A stretch of DNA of 64,000 nt from Schmidtea nova. Lineage: Eukaryota. This document shows positions 44,001 to 57,700 of this stretch, one piece after another. The notes beneath the pieces are model-generated. The model ran no database searches. It saw only the letters and a list, made by a program, of their open reading frames with translations, and had not been told where the DNA came from. Location of the stretch: the NCBI GenBank assembly GCA_044892505.1, contig CM097883.1, positions 185,690,001-185,754,000 on the forward strand, given 5' to 3'. Numbering within the stretch: the first letter of the stretch is position 1; each line of letters begins with the position of its first letter. Position numbers and translations under genes: made by a program.

Positions 44001-46821
44001 TCGGACAGTTACGGGCAAAATGGTTTTCGTTGCAAATATAACATTGCACCTTCTTTATCTTCGCTGCAAAGGCAGACTGATGTCCATGAGAGAGTCAGTC
44101 GTGAAACGATGTTACCAATTGCGTCGATCGTCGTTGATCCTTGTCGTCTCACCTCAGCTGCGATTTCTACTGGCAAGGAGCTGATTATAATGTTTATTAA
44201 TAGATCTCCAGCGTTACAAGCCAGATTCTTCATTTCTGATAAATGAATGTTAATATTGTCCCCGATCTGGAATCTCTTGTTTAACAACTTGGAGAAACAT
44301 GCTTCTGGGGGATCGCTGAAAGCTCGTATCAATGATATTTTAATTTCTTCATAACTAATATCTTCGTTTTTCGCTGCTTCCTTCAAAGTGATAAATGCCT
44401 TCCCCTTCATGACAGCAGGTAAAATTTCTTTTTTTCCATTGAATTTGTGAAGCTTGCATATTAATTCAAACTTATCGAACCATTCATCGATTTTCACGGT
44501 TTCGCCGTCAAAACATTCGATTGCTTGTGAGATAATAAGATAATTCAAATATTTATTCATTCAATAAATTTACTTATTTAAACAACTTTATTTTCTTTTA
44601 TAAATCATTATTTTANNNNNNNNNNNNNNNNNNNNNNNNNNNNNNNNNNNNNNNNNNNNNNNNNNNNNNNNNNNNNNNNNNNNNNNNNNNNNNNNNNNNN
44701 NNNNNNNNNNNNNNNNNNNNNNNNNNNNNNNNNNNNNNNNNNNNNNNNNNNNNNNNNNNNNNNNNNNNNNNNNNNNNNNNNNNNNNNNNNNNNNNNNNNN
44801 NNNNNNNNNNNNNNNNNNNNNNNNNNNNNNNNNATTATTATCAATAATTCTTAATATTATTTTTATATTTTTATTTACTACATAATCTGTGATACGAATG
44901 GTAATTTATTAAATATCACTCTGATTATTATCAGTAGCTAGTAAGTGTAAATATTTTATTTTTATTTTCCATATTTTGCTAATTTAATCTATTTATGGTA
45001 TTTAAATTAAATGAATAATAAATAACGCCATTGACATCGATACTGTCGGATTGAAAACTTGTTTTCCAAATATTCACAGAATAGATAACTCTTCCTCAAA
45101 TTACTTATAATATCATTGAAATTTCTTGGTTGTCAGAATCTACATTTCGTCCTTTTTCAAAAGTCAGTATTTTGAAATATTAAGGAAAAATATTGCTAGT
45201 CTTTATTATGCACATTCTTCCGAAAAGCGAATTTTAATTGAACTTTGGAAAGATTAAGACTTATATAGTTATTGTTTTAACGGATCATTTTTGCAATTTA
45301 ATCTCCAATAATCTCACTTTAATAGTCATTGCTAATACCAATATCTAAAGCAGTGATTCCCAACATGTATACCGCGATAACTTTACAAGTTGCCTCATTA
45401 AATATACCTTATTAATTAATAATAATTTTAAACTCTACAAAAGTTAAAATATATTTTATAAAGTAAATTTGTTCAATTGATATAATTTTATTGTTTTCTA
45501 AGACTACGTAAAAGTGAATAAAATTTACAGGGAAAAATATTTTGAACAATAGTTATTGACTTAAGATTTATTAATTTCCAATAAATTGCACAAATCTAAT
45601 GATTTTAATGATTTTAATTATTTTAATTTTAAAATTTTAATATTCAAGGTTAAAAAATAAACTTGTCACTATGACATTATTAGACAATTAGAGTAGTAGA
45701 ATTAGAATATTATTAGATAATAATAATAATAATTAGATTAAAAATTTTGGTAAGAACTTATAAGTGTGTTGCGAAAAGTTTCATATTTTCTTAGTGAGTG
45801 ACCTATGATAACTTCTCGGTAACTTGTGTAAGAAAAATGACAACGCTTTATCTATGGAGCTGACTCCATTCAGTTATTCTTTACATTTTGAAAATTCAGT
45901 TGTTTACGAATGCCCACGCATATTATCTGTTGTTTTTTGAGTGATTAGTAAAATGTGTTAAAAACTGTTGCTTAATCTGTTTATATTCAATAAAGGTTAT
46001 GAATAAAGTTAATATTTCTTTCTGTAAACCTGCATTATAAAATGATAAAATAAGCTTTGCACAATATTATAAAGTAGTTTGTTCATCAACACAATTGAAA
46101 CATATGCTTCTCTTTTCCCAATAAATTTAGAAAAACATACAGTTGGGAAAGACCAATATCATAGATTTTTAGATAGAATTTTTATTAAAATAATATAATA
46201 ATAAAATATTAATAATTATTTTAATAAAACCGATTATAACTTTAGCAGTGGTTGACAAGCTGGAACAATATTTTATGTATAATGGAATCTGTAAATGATT
46301 TATGGTTTATTTTATTATAGTAAATTTATAAAAATTGAAAATACAATTTGAAAACGTTTTGTTGAGTTCTTTATATTTTATCAATTAGGGATGAAAAATT
46401 AATTATAATTATGAAAAATCATATTTTCAAATAAAAAAATGATTTAAAAGTTAAATTGCATAATGGAGGACATTTGATTTATGAAAATGACAAGTTATAT
46501 ATAGAAAATAAGTAAAAGTAAAAAACCATTTGGAAGATTTTGATAATATAAGAAATAACTTAATAATGCTTGACACAACTCAACACCACTTCTTGCATGC
46601 AGTTAAATAAAAATAGATTTTTTCCAACCATTTAAAGTAATGTTAAAGGTGATTATCCGTCTTTGGTAGCGTGATTCTTTGCTAATTGAACAAAATACAA
46701 TAATTTATTTTCATTTTTAGACAATACATAATTTTTATTTTCTTTTCTTTATCCAATTCAATACAATTTCTTGATTTATTGCATGAAAAAATCAAAATAA
46801 ACGAAATCGAAAAAAGATTAA

Positions 46822-46908
<87 letters not shown>

Positions 46909-48485
46909 CCACTGCATGTTCGTCTGCCCATCCATCCGCTCTTCACATATATTTTTTATTGATTTAAATTTGTGTATAAATATGTAAATATTATACAAAC
47001 AACCCTCGTTTAACGCGGTTTACTGGTTCCGTGTTATCTAAAACCGTGTTAAATAAAACTAAAAATTTACATATAATAAAAAAATTATAATAAGAAAAGA
47101 AGCTAAAATTTTAATTATAATTTGAAAAAAATTATGTAACATTTAAAATAATTTTAGTTTAAAGTACCGCGTTAAACGAGGGTTACCTTTATAAATATTA
47201 TTCATATTCATATTCATATTTTTATTAATACTTAAATAAACATGGCGAAGACTTAATAAATGAAAAACCCCACTAATATAGTTTTCTAATTAATAATATA
47301 ACAAAACTAATTATATCATTAAATTCAATTAATATAACAATAAATCCATGCTAATATCCAAACTATTTTAAAAATTCAAAATACACATGTTGACCACATT
47401 CTGTACAATTTCTAAATAAGACATACCAATTTTTATTTTACAGTTTTTATTGTGATGACTAATATTGGACACTCTCTTTGGTCGACTATGTTCAAGAACT
47501 CTAGTACAGAGATGACGGACAGTCTCTCAAATGTATGTGGCATTACACCCATTACATCAGGATTATTTGATAATCGAAAATTTTCTCAATTAATAAAATT
47601 ATTTTTGCAGCAACGGCTTATTNNNNNNNNNNNNNNNNNNNNNNNNNNNNNNNNNNNNNNNNNNNNNNNNNNNNNNNNNNNNNNNNNNNNNNNNNNNNNN
47701 NNNNNNNNNNNNNNNNNNNNNNNNNNNNNNNNNNNNNNNNNNNNNNNNNNNNNNNNNNNNNNNNNNNNNGACTATCAGAATATAACACTAAGGTAAAAGT
47801 TGTTTATTTGATGAAATATTTCGATCTTCAAAAGATCCTGATCACTCCAATACGAAATTCTTTCCAATTGATTTCTCACTTCTTTCTGAATGTTTTCCTT
47901 CTCCTGAAATCAGAAGGAAAAAAATTTACAACATATGTTTTAGTAATCTGTTATATCTCGGAATATTAAATTCTTATTTATATTTTTTAATTGTTTTTCA
48001 TAATCTATAATTAGAAATAAATTATTCATAATAATTCTATTATTGAATAATTCAGTTCTTATTGTGTCATCAACATTTTAAAATTATAAATTCTAAGCCA
48101 TTTTTCTAAATACTTGAATTAGTAAGTAAAATTATATTTTATTTATTTTTAAAGGTAAATAACTATTATTTGCATAAGATTTTGTACAAAAACTGAAAAC
48201 CAAATTGTTGGTGATAATTCCATTTGATTGCTCATTGAAAAAAAAATAGAAATTATATACATTATATCTATGATACCGATTACGCTTAAAAATACTTAAA
48301 CAAAAAGTCAAATGCATTAGTGTGAATATATGAATATAATCTGAATAAAATGGTTTCATTTTCTAAAATAAGTTTTATATCGTTTTAACATTTTTTCTGA
48401 TTTTTCTGATTTTTCTCTACTTTTATTTTATTTCTATCTAACTAAGATTACTTATTGATATGAAAAAATTATTAAACTAGCACTA

Positions 48486-48562
<77 letters not shown>

Positions 48563-51191
48563 CACTTTTTGTCCGTTCGTCATACAAATATTATTCATTG
48601 ATTATCATACTTAATAATCAAATTAGTTTTTATTGATTACATTATTATTAAATCTTCCTCCGACAGCTTGATATTGGGTCTACCACGAGGCATATTTAAG
48701 AGATCAATTTTTCCGTCATCAAATTTTTTAAACCAACGCCTAATAATTCTTTCATTAACTGTATTGCTCCCAAAAGCATTATTAATATTCCTCTATGTCT
48801 AAACTGGATTGTTCTTCAATTAGCACTCGTAAATAAAGAAGTTTCATCATGATTTTCTAATGTGTACATTTCTATATGAAGATTAAGTTTATAGTAATTA
48901 AATTATTATAAATCTTACTTAATATTTGAATTTGAAATAAGTGCTTTCTAATGAACTTTAACATAAAGAAAACGTTTTATATATAAATAGTTATGATGAT
49001 TTAAAATTATTATATATTATTCGGGCATTTCATTGTGGACAATCTAATACTTTATAATTCATTTTAATTAATTTGTTTTTATTCAATAATTTTCATATTA
49101 GTTTTTAAAAGACTAGATTAAAAATCTTTGTGATCGAGTCATACAAAAATTAATATGAAATTATTGAATTAAAATTATTGAGATCATAAAAACGGTGAAG
49201 CTAAAAGATAATGAGTAAAGCATTATATATGAATTCTCCACTGTTTATTATTTTATTTCTTACATCTTAATTTAATAATAGCACAAATCTACTAATGTTT
49301 AATACTGTCTGGTGGTCCGATGCCACGCATATCTAACTTTTTATAAATTCAAAAATTGTGACCGTCATTTGAGGAGTTTCATATACAGCTGGCAAATAAT
49401 AATATTTAAACATGTTGAAAATTGAATTCTTGTCTTTTTTATTATATTTGATGAAGCTTGAAATTATTCATTCCACTATTGTTTGTTTCAAACAGCAAGA
49501 AGCCATGTACATGCCCTAATTGTGCCGGTTGTCAATGAAGTTTCCATTATCGTTACTGGAAATTAGTTTGATGTTGACATTCGTCGATTTAAAATAAAAT
49601 AATACGAATTTATAATTGGAAATAACTTAATTTTTTGTTATTCTTTTATGCCAGAATAATTTTCTGTGAATTGTAAAGGAATAAAACATAATATAGATAA
49701 AACAAGATTCTGGACGAATCCGGATAGAAATATAATAAATAAAAAACATTTTTCGATATAAACCTTTATTGTGATTTAAAATATAAACGTGTGACAACAG
49801 ACCAACGTAATAGAATAATTTTGATGATTTTAAAAATTACCTCGAAATATTTGTTATTCTATCTTTATAACAAACCTTTAATGCATCCAGCAAGGTTTTC
49901 AAATTTAGCAGATACATATTCTTCATAGCAGACTTCCTCAAAGAATGTGCGGGAGCACACTTATGTGATGTTAAAATCTCAAAGTGTGCCTTGAAATCTT
50001 AAAAATAATCCTTAAGTCTTTGATAGAATACTCTCATAATTCTAAGTTTTGATTTTTTATATTTATTTGTTTTAAAAATGTTTACACACGTACAAAATGA
50101 AGTGTAATTTAAATTGTAGTTGAAATAATTTTTTCATTTTCCCTTATTTTGAAGTAGTCCATCGCCGTAATCCACTATAAATAAATAATTTTTACCATAA
50201 GGTTTTCCATAAATGGTAAATAATTCCATTAAATCATGAAATCAATCATGAATATTGCAACCTACTGTTGCCATTTTATTTTTTATTAATTTTTTTTTCT
50301 TTTACTGATATTTTCCAAGTATTTTTACAATTCAATATAACTTGTGCTTCTGATATTTGATACAACAATTAAATCCAATCTTCTAATTTTTTTCGTTTCA
50401 TTTAAGAAAATTGAAAATACAATTTGTTTCTAAAAATGTTAAATTTTATATACTAAAGAACTCTGATTTCAAATTTTTTAGTCAAATTTTAATAGTTTTT
50501 CAGCTGAAATTATTTCCCTAAAAACCATAATAATAATGTTTTGAAACTATATTAAAGTTTATTTTTTTATCAAAAAAGTCCCACTTACTTATACCAACTT
50601 GACACAAACAATTCAATATGTTGAAAGACCAAACTTGAATTTAGAATTAATGATATGTTTTAAAAACTGGGTTAGAGACAAATATTATCAATCTCTGTTG
50701 TTCAATGTTCTAAAAATTATTTTTAATTAATATATATAAGTTTTGACATGTTGTCTATATATATATATATTACAGATTCAAAGATTCAAGGATCACGAAA
50801 TATTATCCATTAAACGAAGTGCTGAAGAAGAATTTAATAAAGCACTTAAAAACAAATCGAAAATTGTATTTTATTTTTTGATAATTATATAAATGAAATA
50901 TGTTGTAGATGGAAGAAGAATATCAAAATAGATTAACAGCTTTAAAAGATAGAGAACGAACATCACAAGAAAACATACAGCAATTTAAAGACAGTCAAGA
51001 GAGAGAGAATTTTTATCAAAGACAACAAATGTTGAGGGATCTATCAAATGTACAGGAACGTGAATTGCAAATGAAAAAAGAAAAAGAGCGTTTAGAACGG
51101 TAATGCTAATATTGCATTCTATTAATAATTTGCAAGCTATTTAATGCATTTAAATAAATTTAACTAAGTTTAACCTTTTATTTTAACGCTG

Positions 51192-51276
<85 letters not shown>

Positions 51277-51723
51277 ACGGTAAATGTACAAAATGTCAAA
51301 ATGTACACATTCGCCGGTAAATGTACACATAGATCACACCAATGGGTAAATGTAAGTTTACTATTTCGAAAAAGTTTGTTTTACATACATTTACGGGTAA
51401 ATGTATACATTATATCAAGGTCTTGTAAAATGTAGATATAATTGACAAATATGTATATGCACCGGGAAAAGTACATATCGGCTTCGGGGCATTTATATCA
51501 AATCAAATTTTACCTAAAAAATATATTATTGTTTTTTCGAACACATAGATGGAGTTAATTTCAGGACATTTAATTTTTTTTATGTTTTGTATTTGAAAAA
51601 TATTGAATTTATGTTTTTATTTCGAAAAAAATGTAATAAAAATGTACATTTGCCAAATCTTGCAGTTAATGTATACATTTACCGGTAAATATATACATTT
51701 ACCTGGTAATGTACATTTACCGT

Positions 51724-51779
<56 letters not shown>

Positions 51780-54700
51780 TAAGAAGAGTTTAAATAATTA
51801 ATAAATAACAAAATAAGCCTTTGCTGCCAAATTTTATTAGGCACAAATTTTCCATTATAATATAATCCTTATTATAGAAATAAAATTTGGCATCAAAAGC
51901 TTATTTTGCTATTTATTATTTATTTAATATTTAATTATTGCTGCTACCGAGAAACCATCATTTTATAGGTTGAAGATTTTATTAGAGGATTAAAAAATAA
52001 CATTTTTTATATCATAATTATCTTTTGGTTTCACATTTGATCTTTTTTTATTTAGATCAATAATTTTCATATTAATAATTGTTACACTAATCATCAAAAA
52101 ATAACCAACAGTTTTTATCTTTTTTTTTAAATATCTATAAGAAAATGAAAATTTCTAAAAAAAGAAAATAAAAGCTTAAAAGTGAAAATAAGAGATGTTA
52201 ATCATAACTATTTTTAGGAAAATTTTATTTTGAAAATATAGTTTGTTGATTTTGTACGCATAAATTTGAAATGTTTTATAATATTTGAATTAAAGACTAG
52301 GAAAATCTATCTCATCACATGCAAATTCCACTAACACCAGTATAAAATTTATTCCATAAAAACTGTCTAAGGTATAATCTAATTTCTAGACACTGGGATA
52401 AGTTTCATTGAAGGTTCTTCGTTGCTGACAGTCAACACCAATTTATTGTCGAAAGGCTAACGTTCTGCACAAATTATTTTATGGAAAAGCCATGTCCTTA
52501 CTGTTTTGACACAAATAATTTACAGGAAACATAAGAAAACTTCAAAATACGCTTTTTTCATAATGGTTTTCTGGAAAATTGTGTTTCAACATATTTTTTC
52601 AACGAACACCACCCTAAAATAAATGAAGCAATTTAAGACAGAGCAACTTATCTATGGTATATCTACACTTCTGTTATACTTTATAAAATCATAGTTGGTG
52701 TTCCAGGTAAATTGCAATTTCTAACTTTAAATAACGAAGGACTGAAAACCAGATCAATAACATTTTTAAATGGGACAATGTACACTTTTGGGTGTTTTCA
52801 ACCTCAAAAATGTATAAATGGGAGTGTTAAAGGATCTAGATTAACTAGAAAAATGAATGTCATACAATAATGCCAAGTCATAAGTACTTATTACAACAGA
52901 GAATTTTCACAAAAGATTGACAAACTTCTTATCAAATAATCATTAAAATTAGTTTGTAGATAATCAAAATACTGTGCAAACAAAGGAGAAATCTCCTCGG
53001 ATATCCCTACTAAACTACTTTCATCCACAAAATCTGCGCATTTAACTTCGGACAATTTGAAAACTGAGCGATTAAATATATCATCTTGTGATAAAGATTC
53101 CCAACTAACTTGATTTTCTTTAAATTTGTAGAATATATACCAAGATCTGCATAGGCGATTATCATTTACACTTTTCATTTGATTGACTTCTGATGATTTC
53201 ATAATTCAAAATAAGAATTATTCCAACAAAAAAATTAAATTTTACATTTTGAGCACAGATCAAATCACATCAGAAAGCTAAATTCAAAAAATTCACACTT
53301 ATTCCAAAATATTCTTTAAAACCGAAGATCAAATTTCAGAAAACATTTTTTCTCCAATAAACCAATAGCCACAAATACACAAAGATTTTCCAAACAAAAT
53401 TCAACCAATCGAATCGTCAAAAGAAAAATTTATCCAATCGATTAGACGCACACAACTTAAACACTCATATAACTTAGATGCACACAAAAAATAAGATTAG
53501 AAAGAAACTGAAAGAGTTTCTCAATCCACAACAGTTGGTTTTCATTTATTTTACATCTCGGAAATTCTTTTTTCGTAAAACTTTGTAATTTTTATCCACA
53601 ATGATTAGATTTTTGGAAACATGAATGAGCCCTTTTACTAATTCAAATGAGTTTTAGGGTTATTTATTAATAGGTACAAAATTATGATAAAACATTATTT
53701 TCCTTTCCTTTTATAAAGTTAAAAGATGCTACCAACAAGCTCTCAAATGATTAGACAACTAAAAGTCTTAGCTAATAAAGATAATGTTTACATCATAATT
53801 GCAATTATTATTCTCCGCTAATCACCAATTTAACAATTGTTATTTTAAATTTTTATATTGCCCTGAAAAATGAAATTTCTTAGGGATATTCCGAGATATT
53901 GAGATTCTTCATAGTAGATTATTTGATTTATTATTATTTATGAAATATTTTCGGTCTTGAATTCCACTTAAAAAAACGTTTTAAAATGCAACTGAAAAAC
54001 ATTTATTATTGAGAATTTACAAAATTTTAATTTTAAAGGTATATAAATAATAAATTTGACGCATGGGACAGTTAAGTTTATGTGGTGATGGACATTCTGA
54101 TTTTATTGGAGGAAATATTATTTTGGAAATGAAACTGTAGATATGCTATAAATTATTTGCTCTGTCTAAAATTGTTGGTGTTCGATTAGGAAATATGTTG
54201 ATGCACAATTTTCGAGATAACCATAATGAAGAAAGCGTATTTTGAAGTTTTCTTATGTGTGCTGTAGTTTGTTTTGTGTCAGAAGAGTAAGAACAGGGCT
54301 TTTTCATAAGATAATTTTTGCACTACTTAAACCTTTCGACTTTAGATTTGTGTTAACTGTCAGTAATGAAGAACCTTCAGTGAAACTTTTCATGTTATCT
54401 AGGAATGTGATTTTACCTTCAAACTTCGGTTTTTATGAAGTAAATTTTATATTGGTGTTAGCTGGAATTCTCATGAGATAATATAAAATTAAAAAGAATA
54501 TTGAACACTAAATATGTCATGCGTATATATTTTCCTGAAGATCATCTTCATAGGACACAATTTTCGATTCAATAAAGTGCATTTAAATATTGACTAAAAT
54601 GGATGAGAAATTGTTATTCATAGCTAATTAATTAACTTTTTTGAATGGATTTTCTCTTAATTAAAACAGTGTCTGAATTTACTGATAATTTGAGAAGCTC

Positions 54701-57700
54701 TATAAAATTTGGTTAAGATAAGTCAGCTAGAATAAAGCTTCAATATGAAATATATTATTTACGCATTATTGGTGCGTTTAACGTTTACTGAAGTCAAGAG
54801 CGCCAAGAGCTTGTGTGAACGCCCAGAATGTGTATCTGTTTAAATTATTTTGTCAAAGTTATTTAGCATCTAAAAGTTTAAATGAAATTTAAAAAAATAA
54901 AATCCATTTTAATACAATTTTCTTTAGAGAATTTGAAATGATGAAAGAACAGCACAAAATAAAATTGAATCAAGTGGAAGAGAGAAATTCTAAACTGAAA
55001 GAATTGGAAATGGGCATTGATACGAGAATTACACAAGAAATCAACAGGTTTTTTTGAAATTAATTATTTGTAAAGTGTCTAAGCATATAAATCATTACGT
55101 ATGTTTAAAATCTTTAAAAAAGAATAAATTTGCATTACTTCTTTCACGAATACTTGCAACTTATTTTCTAAAATATATATTTCTAAAAATCATTATAAAT
55201 TAAAAGTGAAAATTTAACAATGTAACAATATTTCATTAACAATATTTCATTAAAAAATATGTTACTAAGTAAATTTAAACATTAAATTTACAAAGCAATT
55301 GATAAGGTTTTGTTTAATGTCCATAAAAGTCTTATAACTTGCACGTTAGTGTAGATAGTTCTCAACAATAGAGTTATTATATTTCATCTGAAAGTTAAAA
55401 CAATGTTCGTAATGAACTAACTTTACAATATCGTGAAAAGTTTCATCCCATATAAATTTCTTTAGTCAGAAATCTCTAAGTGTGAATTTCTTTGTTAAAA
55501 CAAATTAAAATCTTTGGTTTTCAATTCTTCAGTCTACGTGACTGATTGTTTAAACAACATATGCTACCGTTTCTCAACGTTACAGAACACAGTGGACATT
55601 ATATGTTTTGGTCAAATTTGGCTGCATGACATCAGGCCTCTGTAGCATTGGAGTAACTACATTGTAATGAAGTACTAATTATTCCCATATAGCAAAAACC
55701 ATATTATGGTTCATAGATCCACTTAATTGAAAATTATTGGTCACATTCGAAGATTAAAGTATACAAAATTGCTGGAAAACTATCAGTGAAACACAGCTTG
55801 TTCAATGAATCAAACAAAGATAAAAATCTTTCCCTCTTATTTACTTTACAAACTTATTCCGCCACTTTACAGAGAAAAGCGTCGCTTGTGCCAAAAATGA
55901 ATCTATTATATTATCTGAGTTATCAATTACTATTCTGGAATGTTTCTACACTTTTCTATGAAATTTTTACATGACATTTTTATTAGCAATAAAATTGTGA
56001 CACTTATCTTTTGTGAACTTATTTATTAATTTAGCTATCTTACAATAATTATTAAATATTTTAAAAGTTTTCAGAAAATTAAAATTTAATTATTTAACAT
56101 TATTTTTCATTTAGCTATAAACTCAATGAAGAAAAACGTTTAGTTCAAAAATGGAAAGAAGTCGAAGTGTTCGAAATGAAACTTCAAGGTTATTTCTAAT
56201 ATAAATTAAATAAAATTTTGAATTCACAAGAAACTGTTATGCTACTACAAAGTTTTTAAAATACTTTGCATTCTGTCATTTTATAACAGTGAATGTTGGA
56301 GAAATCGACGGGACATTATAATAAATAAGGTTTATGTGACTTTCCCACAACTCATTTTTAAAGACAGGTAGATCATTTACTCGTCTTTGCAGTCTGTCAA
56401 AGTAGGTGTTTCTAAATAGTAGATTATATGTTTTTCTCGGCTTGAAGTTCTTCAGATAATTCTTCGAATGCAGTGACCACATCTTGTGATGGGGTTAGGA
56501 TTAAGAGAAGAACGGTATCATGCTCATTTCAGAAAAAAGTCAGTATCATTTTGGTGTCGTTTCTAAAGGCTTTGCTCCTGAATTTTCCTATAGATATTTT
56601 GGCTGAATTGAAAGAAACAGCCTTTGAGTCCAGTGTTGGGTAATACTTCTTGTTTACTCGACATCATAGCTTTCTTGAAATCAACCATAATCGAAACTGG
56701 ATACAACTTTCCATTAATTGCTATTATCTGATTAAGTAACTCTTTGTACGTTACTTTCGATTTTTTTTATTTTTAATGAGTCAAATTTTAGTGTTTATAT
56801 TACCTCCACATTTTTCGGTGATATTTGTACGAAAGAGATTGTTTTGGGGATATTGCTCTAGAACCCAAATAAATACGGTAAATAACTAGTATTTATGCAT
56901 AATATAATTACTGTGTTTACCCAACATAAGACGAAGTTTTTTACCACAAAATTTCATTAAACATTGAAGGTAATTTTATAATCGAACCCATATTTTTTGA
57001 ATAAATTTCATATATGTACATTAAGCTTTCAGGATAATCCCATTTAACTGTCTATTTCTAATTTCTATTCATTAAAAATTGGGATCGTCTTACATTCGGA
57101 GAAGCAGTTATTTTTTCTATGTAGTTTCCAATGTTATGCATACACTTGTTCCAGCGCTTCAACAATTTGAAAGTTTCATATTTGTACGTAGTGGAATTTG
57201 AATTATTTTTTGAATTTTTTCTTGCTTATAACAATTTTGACAAATTTGATGTTTTTTTAAGGATTTAAGTTTGATAAATACAAAGGATTATTGAATACAT
57301 GAAAGTCAATGTTGTTTAGATACCAATTGTTGTGAATGCATTGTTCTAAATAGGTGCGTTTTCCTCAGAAAATTAGAGAATAGGTGAATGTGGCTTTCAT
57401 TAACACGTTTTATAATTCTTTCCTTTTTTCAAATAATTTTAGGAATATTTCGATATTTTTATCTGCAATATCAATGAAAGAAGTCCTATGGTAATTGCAA
57501 TAAATGGTATGTTTTCATTCTATGTTTTATTTTCAACTTTTTATCACTACAAAACAGCCAACTGCTGCAATAATCGAACTTTATACATATACTGTTGTGT
57601 ATCATTTTCACACATCAAACGCCAATTGATGAGCCATCGGATCCCACGATTAGCCTTTAAAGGATTTCAACAATCTTCTGAGAATCATCTAAAAAAAATT

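Larger units (their letters stand above)
41167..44615 (-). mobile_element. Small decayed Ty3/gypsy LTR retrotransposon (~3.5 kb) with short LTRs, both abutting gaps
   Basis: 70-bp identical direct repeat (41167-41236 = 44546-44615). On the minus strand, ggagaga-TGTATA marks the PPT/3' LTR start at 41255. Order gag-PR-RT-RH-IN with frameshifts. Confidence 0.92.

Noticed and set aside
41167-44615. Small gypsy element as the autonomous helper of the giant element
   Set aside because: Unrelated LTR sequence and size, no shared PBS, and it is itself frameshifted.
46682-46998. YIYIYI-type ORFs (also 51617-51844) and ORFs spanning N-runs
   Set aside because: Artefacts of (TA)n microsatellites and assembly gaps.
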